Shown here in pieces: positions 13,439 to 24,768 of a DNA stretch of 64,000 bases. The stretch covers positions 50,034,001-50,098,000 of the forward strand of contig NC_043004.1 of the NCBI RefSeq assembly GCF_006345805.1. The letters are read 5' to 3'. Under the pieces are notes generated by a model. The model was not told where the DNA came from. It worked only from the letters and a program-made list of their open reading frames with translations, and did not search any database. Source of the stretch: Octopus sinensis. Lineage: Eukaryota. A program made the position numbers and the translations under genes. Positions within the stretch are counted from its first letter, which is position 1. Each line of letters begins with the position of its first letter.

Positions 13439-14015
13439 CTGGTAAAGAAAACGAAATACATTATTAGCAGAATAATAATTCACAAGAGACAATTGCTATT
13501 GTAGACTTGTAGGTACGTGATATTTCGTTATGCAATCATAATAGAACATACGTTTTTTTTTTTTTAGAAGGTAATAGCACGTTCTACTGCGTTAGCAGTG
13601 CACTTTCTACATTATGTCTGTAGATATTCTACAGAAATTATAGCCAGCACTGATTTGCTACGACGTTTCGCTTACGAGACATCAGATGCAAACAAACAAT
13701 GGGATCGAAAATGAAAAACAAGTAATGGGCGTATATGCCCTATTTTGAGGGGGTTTTCCCTCCATCAGCACCCGTTTAACCCATTAATCATACTCGAACA
13801 CATTGCTTAAATATCCACTATACTTAGAGGTGCGTAGTTATTGGATATACCAATTTATATATTTAACGCATTCCTGGAATGGTACGTAAATATTAATGAC
13901 TTATAGGTAAGAGGTATGGAAAATTACTCTTTATAATGCAGCTGATCTACAGCATATTTATGTCTAGTTAGACCGTACCTCCAGATGGTACGCACTCAGT
14001 TACGTCTGTCGTTAA

Positions 14016-14410
14016 ACTAGCAGTAAAGCCCGGCGTTGTTCGGCAGACTTTGATGTCGCGTTAACAAAGTTTTGACATAGTTTCAATCTTTTTTGAAAAG
14101 TAAAAATTTTGCATTACGTCGCTTGTTATTTTCTTTAAGTGAACATTTTTCTTGTTGAAATACACTGAAAAGTGGCGACACAGCAGTAAAAAAATCGTAA
14201 AAAATAGGGATTTTCATAGAAAAAAAAGCACCTTTTTGATGTAAATAATTTGAATTTGAATTTTTTCTTCTATGGAATGAAGAGCAAGCCTTCTTCTATC
14301 ATACTCTCAATTTTGGTCAATTTGCGCTGCAGGGTCTCGGAGGAGATAGTGTTAGTTGAAGGCTACCAAACCTGCCACACACTAACAACTTCAGCTTTAT
14401 ATATATAGAT
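14016..14410 (+). mobile_element. Non-autonomous Helitron-like (Lep1/HINE-type) element
   Basis: Begins ACTAGCAGTAAAGCCCGGCGTTG and ends CTTTATATATATAGAT. The 5' end is shared with the copy at 20024 and the 3' ends are similar. Confidence 0.6.
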
Positions 14411-14694
14411 TTCATCAACCATACATCATCGAAACAATTAGAGAAATTCTATAAGTAGACATTTCTTATGGCTCGATTGAACGGATTGTGGTGTATGTAT
14501 GTATGTATGTATGTCTGTATGTATGTATGTATGTATGTATAATACGAATTGGACGAGTCTGAAGAGTCGACTATACAGCTCAGCGCTTTATAAGCGCGAA
14601 ACGAATGACCACTCTCTGACAGCCTTCTGAATGTACTATTGTCCTACTATTTTAGAGTGTGATTCGTTTTCAGATATATGAACTACTGACCGAC

Positions 14695-14748
<54 letters not shown>

Positions 14749-14827
14749 ACACACATACATACGTACATATATTTATATGTATATACATACATGCACATAT
14801 ATATACACACGTACACACACACATATA

Positions 14828-15610
14828 CGAGGTCTAGTTAATAAGTATGCGGACTGTTGCCATAGTAACAAAGCTAAAGCACGCAGAGTGAAACCGCTCG
14901 GCATAGATTGACCTTTAACTCTGCTGTGCATGCTCACTAAGTATTAATTTCTAGCTCACTTCCGCTAGGAAGGAACGTGTGTAGCGTGTGATTGTCGCAT
15001 TGACAATGACAGAGCATGTTGTCATGGCGATACCTGCTCAGAGGCTTACGCAAAGTTGCAGAAAGTGTATGGAGAGGAGTGTATGAGCCGCACAAAGGAT
15101 ACGAGCGGCTCAGACGTTTCCAATGGCCGAAAAATTTCGATATAGACGAACGTTCTGGGAGATCCGCAACCAGCAGAACTGAGAAAAACATCGCAGATGT
15201 GCATGCAGATGTGAGGGGAAATCATCGAATCACCATCCGTGAGTTATCAGAGGATGTGAAGATTAGTTACGGTTCAGTTCAGTCCATTATCACTAAAAAT
15301 TTGGGTATGAGACGCTTGTCTGCCAAGTGTGTGGCAAAACTCCTTTCAGCTGAGGAAAAAAAGCACTCGGATTTCAGCTGCACAAAATCTCCTTGATTGT
15401 GTCGAGAACGATGAAAACTTTTTAGAAACTTTGCGTAGGCCTCTGAGCAGGTCTCGCCAATTTTGTATTGTTTTAAATATATCCGCTGACTGTTTACAAT
15501 TCGTCGAGATTTCAATGTTGAGATATGGAAGGGGAACCAACTAAAATTCCGAGCATGTTTGTGACATGAGTACAGTTATGTCCCCAGACGCATACTACTT
15601 ACAATATGCC
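14828..15610 (+). mobile_element. Mariner transposase remnant (HTH region)
   Basis: Starts TA|CGAGG. Translation ERSGRSATSRTEKNI...RITIRELSEDVKISYGSVQSIITKNLGMRRLSAKCVAKLLS, then frameshifts. A degenerate right TIR may lie near 15585-15610. Confidence 0.8.
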
Positions 15611-15724
15611 TACAGACTGTTAAAAACCAGTCGAGAGCCTAGTTGTTGGACATTGAAAACATTTACTATGAAAGCCACGCTGCAATTATATATATATATA
15701 TATATAAATCCTTTCCATCATCCT

Positions 15725-15935
15725 TTATCCTTTTCTTGTTTCAGTCATTAGACTACAGCCATGCTGGAGCTCGCCCTTGAAGAAATTTTTGTTGAAAAGA
15801 TGGATCCCAGTAATTGTTATTTTTCTTTCATAAGTACTGGTACTTATTATATCGGTCGCTCTGTCGAACCGCTTGAATACAAGAACGTAAACACACAAAC
15901 ACTGTTGTGAAGCGGTGGTAGGGGACAAACACCGA
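15725..15935 (-). mobile_element. SINE family A-related 3' fragment
   Basis: TTGTTTCAGTCATT...GCCATGCTGGAGC...TAAGTAC...TATCGGTC...GGGGACAAACAC on the plus strand. Confidence 0.7.
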
Positions 15936-15941
15936 TGCAAA

Positions 15942-15976
<35 letters not shown>

Positions 15977-16353
15977 CACACACACACACACACATGTATA
16001 TATAACATCATACATACAAACATACATACATACATACATACATACATACATACATACATACATACATACATACATACGTCACTAACCTTAACTCACAGCA
16101 AAATCTCATGTTGTGAAGACATTCAACTACTCACAGATTTGGTCTCCTAGCAATCTGGGTTTTACCTATACACTGGATAAATTGCACAGAGGACTCACAT
16201 GAAATAAATCACACCCGGAAGACTTAACTACTAGAAATACCTATATTTTACACCTCTGTTATTTGGGACACTAGTGAGAACGATGTTATAATATACATGA
16301 GAATTTTAAAGAAAGCAGTCCTGTCAAATGTTATTGTAGGTGATTCTACTTAC

Positions 16354-16476
16354 TTTTCAACCCAGTTTTGTAAGCTTGGTAAAACAGGTGTGCCCATGAT
16401 CCTTCACATCCGGGTTGTTTTTTGCCGCCATTAGGGTAAAGATCGACATCGCCCAATTGTTTCATTGTTCCGAAGC
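16354..16476 (-). CDS. Lipase exon 4 (beta9 loop end, first lid Cys)
   Basis: Acceptor TATCTTTCGCAG|. Translation GFGTMKQLGDVDLYPNGGKKQPGCEGSWAHLFYQAYKTGLK-N. Donor |GTAAGT. 123 nt. Confidence 0.95.
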
Positions 16477-16794
16477 CTGCGAAAGATAATGATCTTGCGT
16501 TATATTTCGCACAGGAGTTCATTGTCAGACCAATGTAACTGATGAGGAGACATAGTGCGGGGGAAAATTACAAAACTGGTGAGGGTTATACAAACATACA
16601 TACATACACACACATACACACGCATACATACATACATACACACACATACATACACATATATGCATATACACACATACATACACACACATACATACACATA
16701 CATGCATACACACACATACATACATGGACACATACACACATACATACATACATACATACATACATACATACATACATACATACATACATACAAA

Positions 16795-17428
16795 AGAGGG
16801 AAACATTTAAATCAGATGAGCAACATCTCTATCAATGACTTGACTGTTTCCCCTATATCTGATGAGGAATGTTACAGGTATCTAGGGGTGGATGAAAACA
16901 TATCTTGCAATGACACCTGTAACAAAACATGTGTCACTAAAGAATATTACAGCCGAATAAAGAAAATTTGAACTTCAGAACTCTGCATTCAATAAAACAG
17001 CGGCCCACCATGTGTCTGCAGTGCCAACACTCACACCAACTTTTGGATTGCTTGTTTGGATGCTTGATGAGATCCGAGACATTGATGTGAAAACCCGAAA
17101 AACACTAACGAGCACACAAAATTTCTACATAAACAGTGACGTAGACCGCCTCTACCTAAAACGAAAACAAGGCGGCAGAGGCTTAACATCGATCTAAAAT
17201 GCCTTTGAATGTCGTATCATATCTTTTCGGCAACATCTTTTAACCACCAATGGTCGAAATGCATCCCTTGACCAAGTTTGCATATATGAGGCTGATGATA
17301 TCATAAGAGTTTGAAGACATCTCCATGAGCAACGTTCCTTGTCTGATGACCTAAAATACATGCCCAAAGAAGTCACACGACTCTACCGCAACGTATCATC
17401 AGAGAAAAGGGTGAGCGTATATGAGCAG
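16795..17428 (+). mobile_element. R4/Dong-type LINE RT fragment
   Basis: YRYLGVDENI...KEYYSRIKKI, AVPTLTPTFG...IDVKTRKTL...SDVDRLYLKRKQGGRGL. Homologous to the 47.3-48.7 kb fragment. Confidence 0.8.
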
Positions 17429-17555
17429 AGTGGCACACATGTATGTCCGGGTTCCATTTAGTAATTTTCCTTATGACATAAATACACTATTGGATTTGAA
17501 TTTAAATTATCATTGTCTTCCTCATGTTTGAACCCGGACATACATGTGTGCCACT
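17429..17555. repeat. Perfect 26-bp inverted repeat
   Basis: AGTGGCACACATGTATGTCCGGGTTC (17429-17454) and GAACCCGGACATACATGTGTGCCACT (17530-17555). Confidence 0.9.
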
Positions 17556-17877
17556 TTAGATCCTAACGTAAGCGATATTAACAATATTATGAATGATAAT
17601 GATGGTAGCATTAATGGTATTGACAACGATAATGATGCTAACTTTAATGACACTTTGGAAATTACTAGGAAGTAATATAATGTACTATTGACTATGTATA
17701 TTTGCATCTAGGTACTAATATGTGTGTGTTTATTATCACAATATTAAGTTGAAAAACTGAAACATTGAATGTGGAACATATATATGTTTACTAATTTATA
17801 TTATTTATTTACATTATTATGTATATGTATATTTTTATATGTATAGGAGTGTGAGTATATGCACTCATTTGTATATG

Positions 17878-18010
17878 TATATCTCCGAAGAGGCCTTATG
17901 ATACTTTTGTAAATGTCTCATTTATATCCATATATTGACCTACCATAAAAGGCTAATATTGGTAAAATGAGACATACCTATCTACATGGCCGAAACAGCT
18001 GTAAGATGTA
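17878..18010 (+). ncRNA. Type I hammerhead-like motif with U4C core and long stem II insertion
   Basis: Stem I TATATCT/AGATGTA. Core CCGAAGA 17885-17891. Stem II GGCC(17892)...GGCC(17991) with an internal ATGTCTCATTT/AAATGAGACAT helix. GAAA 17992-17995, stem III C-AGCT-G (palindromic loop), cleavage triplet GUA ending 18003. Confidence 0.65.
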
Positions 18011-18428
18011 ATCTATATTTATATTTGTATTTACTTATATTTATATTCTCTTTTTTTATATATATTCTACTTATTATACAACATTACTCTTTTATGTACA
18101 CTTTTTTATGTACATTCCTTTGTGTACACTGATTTGTTCTGCTTTTTTATGTTTAACCCTACAGTCTCTCATGTGGTGGTTTAATAAAGTATGTGATTGA
18201 GTATTATCTGATAATTGATATTTGATTTAGATGTATTTCTCCATTTTCTTATCTTGTATTAGTAATTTGTGGTAAGTCATTTTACCTTTGCCCATATAAT
18301 ACAGTAAATGAATTGATTGCATTGCAATCCTTAACATTTATGTATTAACTTTGTTGGGTACTTCACTAGCAGTATATTGGATATATGTTATCCCATGGAG
18401 GGTTGCATTTACAACCCCTATCTCAATT

Positions 18429-18498
<70 letters not shown>

Positions 18499-18499
<1 letters not shown>

Positions 18500-18762
18500 G
18501 TGAATTGAAGAAATGGAGTTGAACGAAGATTGCACAGAAATCGTTTTATTGCATTCTACACGTGTTTCGAAAGGCACAATTTGCCAAATTCCGAATTTGG
18601 TAAATTGTGCCTTTCGAAACACGTGTAGAATGCAATAAAACGATTTCTGTTCAATCTTCGTTCAACTCCATTTCTTCAATTCACTAATAATATTAAAATT
18701 CAATTATCCGCACCAACGCACGGTTGCAACACCATAGGGTTGTACCTCCAACCGTGCTGTCT
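18499..18762. repeat. Near-perfect palindrome (92-bp arms, 3-nt loop) plus unique flank; internally deleted relative of the 20.6-21.2 kb element
   Basis: Arms 18499-18590 and 18594-18685 with 2 mismatches by eye. The flank 18686-18762 is the reverse complement of about 20628-20705. Confidence 0.92.
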
Positions 18763-18993
18763 TCTGCTGTGATTTTTGCTACCAAGGTATCGGTTAAACT
18801 TTTGATTAATCTGCAACAAGATTATTCATCTTCTATTTCACAAAATATATATATATATATATAATATATATATATATTGATAGAAATGGTAAGACAACAA
18901 AAGAGTGAAAGAGACCTCGATATTATGTAAATAGAGGAATTTGTCACATATTATATTTACAGATATACACATTCACACACATATGACATGTTA

Positions 18994-19114
18994 CTTTCAG
19001 CTTCCGTTTACCAATTCCACTCACAAGGCCCGAGGCTATATTAGAAGTCACTTGCCTAAGGTGCTCCCCTGTGAGACTGAACCCGAAACCATGTGGTGAG
19101 GAAGCAGACTTCTT
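18994..19114 (-). mobile_element. SINE family A, 5' fragment (diverged)
   Basis: Reverse complement of CCACATGGTTTCGGGTTCAGTC...CACCTTAGGCAAGTG...GGAAGCTGAAAG. Confidence 0.7.
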
Positions 19115-19115
19115 A

Positions 19116-19155
<40 letters not shown>

Positions 19156-19538
19156 TATATATGTATATATATATAAATGTTTGTTTTATATATAAAAACA
19201 AATTATATATAAGCATAGGATTACTGAATGCTTTTTAGTTGAATACATATCTGTTAAACTTTTATAAAATAAAACTAACTTCGAAGCTTAACGTGTGCAT
19301 GAGTGTGTGTGTGTGTGGGGGGTGTTCGAACAGACGAACAGAAACAGCTTCTGTTATATATTTGGTTTCGTACAAGCTACGACTCTTTACACTTTTTTCG
19401 GCTTTGACTTTTCTCCCTTTCGAGATCGGTAAAATGCGTGTCAGACAAAGAGCTAAATTCGATATGTTGTCGACTAAAAATCTTTGTAAGCTGGCTGTTC
19501 AAAAGTAGTAAACCAAAAACAAGAATTAAAAAATATAC

Positions 19539-19658
19539 CTTTTATGGCTGAGAACGACGAACCATCTGTGTGAATAACATCGACAAAGTCAGCATCACTG
19601 GGGTCCAGACGAACTTCTTTTGGGGCACGTTCATAGTTTGGTCCAGCTGGATCTAACC
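19539..19658 (-). CDS. Lipase exon 3 with catalytic Asp (GLDPAGP)
   Basis: Acceptor TTTTTACTTGCAG|. Translation [41 protein letters not shown]. Donor |GTATAT. 120 nt, phase 1 to 1. Confidence 0.95.
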
Positions 19659-20023
19659 CTGCAAGTAAAAAAGGTAGAATACAGTGTTAAAATGAGTGTT
19701 TACGGTGATTAGTTTTTGATGTAGGAAATACATACACACCCAAAGATACAGGCATTCTGTCAACACATCAAATGTGAAATCCTTTCCTGGAGTCGGATCG
19801 TGGTGGTATCCGATGATAGAATCAAGTTACAAGCGTTATTTTGGATCACCAAACTCCAAGAAACTGCTGTTGGACTCGTAAAACTCCTACTCATCATCCT
19901 TAATTCCTGGTACCATTTCCAGTCGGACTTCGTTTATATGTATACATATGTACCTTCTTTGTATTAAATGAGCTCTACGAAGTGTATTCTATACAGAGAA
20001 TACCTGTCTCTAATCTATAAACT

Positions 20024-20418
20024 ACTAGCAGTATCGCCCGGCGTTGCTCGGGTTTGTAAAGGAAATAACTATAAAGCATTTTTAGAGAGTTATAGTAAAA
20101 AAATAGCAAAAAAATGCATTAAAAATGGAAAAAATATGATGGTAATTTTTTTTTTAAATCGTTGACTCATCGTAGACATTTTTAGAGAGTTACTTCCCTT
20201 TATTAAAAAAAATATGCATTAAAATGGAAAAAATGATGGTAAATTATTTTTTAAATCGTAGACTCATCGTAGACGCGCGCTAATACCCAGAAGGGCTCGA
20301 TATGAATCACGACTATAAGATACCCGGTTTTGGTTGAACTGCACCGCAAAATGTGGGAGTAGTTAGGAATCTAAATCGGAGTAGACAGACACACAACCTT
20401 TCTTTTATATATAAAGAT
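20024..20418 (+). mobile_element. Non-autonomous Helitron-like (Lep1/HINE-type) element with internal ~65-bp duplication
   Basis: Begins ACTAGCAGTATCGCCCGGCGTTGCTCGG and ends TTTTATATATAAAGAT. AAAAAATGCATTAAAA...GACTCATCGTAGAC is repeated. Confidence 0.6.
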
Positions 20419-20754
20419 ATACATATATATATATCGAAGAGGGAAAAAGCGAGAAAATACAAAGCTTCAGATAATGTGGAAAGTTTAACAAAACTATTAT
20501 ATTTCAGGCTCGAAGGCCTGTCTTCAAAAGAAAAGACAGTTTAAGAAAAGTCCAGTTATATAGGTTCCGTTAAACGATTCAAGCTCCCTAACATATGTTG
20601 TTATATAAACGCTTGGGAGCTTGAATACAACAGCACGGTTGGAGGTACAACCATCTGGCGTTGCAACCGTGCGTTGGTGCGGATAATTGAAATTAAAACA
20701 TTATTGGTGAATTGAAGAAATGGAGCTGAACGCAGATTGAACAGAAATCGTTTT

Positions 20755-20847
20755 ATTTCATTCTACACGTGTTTCGAAAGGCACAAATTACCAAAATCCG
20801 ATTGAATAATGGGACCATATTGTGTCTTTCTCTTCAGGAAGAAAAAA
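20755..20847 (-). ncRNA. Mirror type I hammerhead motif, left arm of palindrome (sense to lipase pre-mRNA)
   Basis: Plus-strand TCTTCAG at 20831-20837 gives CUGAAGA. TTTCGAAAGGCACAAA supplies GAAA and stem II. CTACACGTG supplies stem III and GUA (20764-20766). Confidence 0.8.
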
Positions 20848-21093
20848 GGAAATCCGTTGGAAAAACAAAAACAGAACAGAGGCAGAGCAAAAACAAATCG
20901 AACTGTGCTCCTAAGAGCCCATGGCGAAACTGTTTATCAGTGTATGTTGAATCTTCAGCCACCTGTTGAATTCTTCAGCCACCGGTTCTCAACATACACT
21001 GATAAACAGTTTCGCCATGGGCTCTTAGGAGGCACAGTTCGATTTGTTTTTTGCTCTGCCTCTGTTCTGTTTTTGTTTTTCCAACGGATTTCC

Positions 21094-21184
21094 TTTTTTC
21101 TTCCTGAAGAGAAAGACACAATATGGTCCCATATTCAATCGGATTTTGGTAATTTGTGCCTTTCGAAACACGTGTAGAATGAAA
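21094..21184 (+). ncRNA. Type I hammerhead ribozyme motif (canonical core), right arm of palindrome
   Basis: Stem I TTTCTTC/GAA(T)GAAA. Core CUGAAGA 21104-21110. Stem II GAAAGACACAA/TTGTGCCTTTC. GAAA 21165-21168, stem III C-ACGT-G, GUA 21174-21176. Confidence 0.8.
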
Positions 21185-21286
21185 TAAAACGATTCTGTTC
21201 AATCTGCGTTCAGCTCCATTTCTTCAATTCACCAATAATGTTTTATAGATATATATATATATATCGTGTTGTGTGTGTTGTGTGTG

Positions 21287-21321
<35 letters not shown>

Positions 21322-21469
21322 TGGATATATGTGCATGTGCGTGTGTATACATGTATACACAGATATGTATTATGTATGTACACGTATATATTTATATATA
21401 TGTATGTACGTGTGGGTGTTGTGTTAGTATGTATATATATTTGTGTGTGTGTGCGTGCGCGCGTAATAG

Positions 21470-23090
21470 AGCTGTCTATGTATGGACCAAAAGTAGCCAG
21501 AGACATACAGCCTAAAGGAAGCACCCCAAATCTCTCCAATCTGAATTTCCTCAAAGAAGACTGGAAATCGAGCCAAAAAGAGATCCCCAGACAGGACTGG
21601 CCGAAATGTCTCTCTACACCAGACATTGGTATTCAACTAGAAGATTTCATATCTGTTATGCAAACCATATGCCAGAAATTTATCCCAGAGCGCAAGGCCA
21701 ACACAAAGGAAGAGGAAGATCCTCATGAGACGATGGACGAAGTTTGAAAATCGCTTCAACCAACATCCCAAAAGCAGTGAAAGATCCCACCTAAAATCAC
21801 CACTGAGGAAGATTGAAAAAAGACTGCAACAATCCTATGTGAAGGAGAGAGCAGACAAAGAAGCCTGGGTTATAAAAAACATTAAGTCAAACACAAAGGC
21901 CTTCTTTCATTATGCCAAAGAAACAGCCTCAGTACGCTACAAGCTGGAAAATAGAAGCCCTCTTCCAGAAGGATGGCTTCCTCAGATAACCCAACCAGGA
22001 TAACTGAGGTACTGAATGACCAGTTCAAAAGTGTCTCTACCACCCCGTCGGAACACAGACAAGTACACGAATCAGTGGATGTCTTTGCCGCCCAACCTAT
22101 AATCAGCGAGGTAATTACGATGGATTACATCGACATTGGTGAAGAAGATATAATACTAGCCATAGATGAGGTGGGCGCAAACTCGGCTGCTGGCCCTGAT
22201 GCTTTCCCAGTGATCCTTCTCAAATCATGCAAATCATGCGAGAGCACTACAGATTCTCTTCCAGAGTTTTCTTGCAAATGACAAGCTGCCAAGCAAACTG
22301 AAGGAAGGAATTATATACCCAATCAACAAAAAGGCCTATCTCTCTGACTTGACACATCAGCAAAGTCATGGAACGAATAGTCAGAGAGAAACTAATCTCA
22401 TTCTTTGCAGAAAATGATTTGCTGAGTGATACTCAGCATGGTTTTCGACAAGGTAGGAGCTGTCTGACCCAGCTCATACAGCACTATGACTGGGTGTTGA
22501 GGCTGTTACTCAACAACTCAAATGTGGACATAATATACCTTGACTTTGTAAAAGCTTTTGATAAAGTTGCTCATGGCTTGATGTGTCACAAACTGCGCGA
22601 TTTTGGCATAGCTAGAAAACTTGGAGAGTGGCTACACGACTTTCTGAAAGATAGAAATCAGGCAGAGGTGACCGATGGAGCCACCTCAAAGAAAACACAA
22701 ATAGTGAGTGGTGTTCCACAGATACTGTCTTGGGACCACTGCTTTTCATAGTGGCCCTTTCAGATATGCCCTAGCTGACCGGAGAGCCACTCTTGTTAGC
22801 TACGCAGACGATACGAAAGTCTCGCAGAAAATACAAAACCCTAGCGATGTCGCACGGTTGCAGCAGGAGTTGGACGCAATTTACAGATGGGCTGAGGACA
22901 ACAATAAGCAGTTTAATGCTGGAAAATTCCAAGCCCTGCGCTACCAGCATCAAAAACCGAACGAAAAACTTACAGGGTACACTGACCCAGGGGCAATTAC
23001 AATCCAAAGACCTGTCGATGTGTATCGACATGATTGATGATATCGGTTTCCAAGTGCACATTACCAAGATGGCGACAAAGTGCAGACAGA
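21470..23090 (+). mobile_element. CR1-clade LINE reverse transcriptase fragment, frameshifted
   Basis: NSAAGPDAFP, MERIVR...QHGFRQGRSCLTQL, VDIIYLDFVKAFDKV.H, SGVPQ, YADDTKV, W...N..QFNAGKFQ. Confidence 0.88.
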
Positions 23091-23294
23091 TACCACCTTT
23101 TCCAAATTTTCAAATTTTCAAATTTCCCCCCGCCTCTTCGGCGGACCTCCCACACAGTCACCACAATACCAGACATTTCCGTTTGTTTTTTTTTCAGCGG
23201 GTTCGTATGTTTTCGATGACAGACATTCCAAATATGCAAGAGACCACGTTTTCAAAATTTTAAATTCAATAAGCATATAGTTATGTGTATAAAG

Positions 23295-23374
<80 letters not shown>

Positions 23375-23796
23375 GGATGAATAAACGGATAGGGATAAAT
23401 AGGCAAATAAAAAAATTGCTGAAAATAGTTTTTCGATTATTTAAGGCAAATACAAGTAAAACGCAAATTCTTTTCACTTTAAGGTTTCTGTCTATATTTA
23501 ATTTCGATTTGCATATGTACGTCAATTCGCTTTAATCTTTTCAAAGTAAACAAAATGAAATTTTTAATTCGCTGGGTTGGAGGTGAAATTTAAATATTTT
23601 TTTTTTTTTGCATATTCGTGGTCTCCATCTAAAACGTAGGAATCCGAAAGAATATTTTTTTTTTAAATGCATTTTTCAAGGAGAGGTGCGAAACTGCATT
23701 AGCCCCATGTATGTATATATGCATGTATATATGTGCGTGTGTGTATACACGTTTATACAGACATGTATTATATATGGCCACGTATATATATATGCG

Positions 23797-23886
<90 letters not shown>

Positions 23887-23979
23887 TGTGTGTGTTACAC
23901 ATAAAACATTACAAACACACTTATAGCAGACCGTAAGATAAACCCATCTTAAGGTGCTGTATGTGTTTAATACTAATCT

Positions 23980-24380
23980 AGGCGCAGGAGTGGCTGTGTG
24001 GTAAGTAGCTTGCTTACCAACCACATAGTTCCGGGTTCAGTCCCACTGCGTGGCATGTTGGGCAAGTGTCTTCTACTATAGCCTCGGGCCGACCAAAGCC
24101 TTGTGAGTGGATTTGGTAGACGGAAACTGAAAGAAGCTCGTCGTATATATGTATATGTATATATATGTGTGTGTATATGTTTGTGTGTCTGTGTTTGTCC
24201 CCCTAGCATTGCTTGACAACCGATGCTGGTGTGTTTACGTCCCTGTTACTTGGCGGTTCAGCAAAAGAGACCGATAGAATAAGTACTGGGCTTACAAAGA
24301 ATAAGTCCCGGGGTCAAGTTGCTCGACTAAAGGCGGTGCTCCAGCATGGCCGCAGTCAAATGACTGAAACAAGTAAAAGG
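23980..24380 (+). mobile_element. SINE family A, full length
   Basis: AGGCGCAGGAGTGGCTGTGTGG...GAAACAAGTAAAAGG. Confidence 0.92.
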
Positions 24381-24652
24381 GTGTAAAGGGGTACCAACAG
24401 GGAATGGTCATGAGCACACAAACGCGCACGCACACACACACACACATAGATGTGTGTATATACACACACACATAGATGTGTATATATACACACACATACA
24501 CGATATGCTTAATGCATTTATATCGCTGTGAAAGCAGATCCTGTAGATTTACCATATCTATCTATAACATACAAAGCACAAGTCCGTTCAACCATGCAAC
24601 ATAAAACAATCGAGAGTAATAGCTACATAAAGATTATAAACATAAAAAACTA

Positions 24653-24747
<95 letters not shown>

Positions 24748-24768
24748 TATATATCTTTTTTCTTTTTC

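Larger units (their letters stand above)
20694..21245. repeat. Long fold-back palindrome (~257-bp arms, 38-nt spacer)
   Basis: Arms 20694-20950 and 20989-21245 are near-identical reverse complements. The spacer region holds a tandem TGTTGAA(T)TCTTCAGCCACC repeat. Confidence 0.95.

Noticed and set aside
13655-13690. Minus-strand CTGATGT-CTCGTAAGC-GAAACGTC
   Set aside because: A9 is missing and stems I and II do not pair, so it is too degenerate to call.
14553-14616. CTGAAGA...GCGCTTTATAAGCGC-GAAAC hammerhead-like string
   Set aside because: The core is not adjacent to the stem II hairpin and there is no UH before the putative stem I strand. At best it is a decayed remnant.
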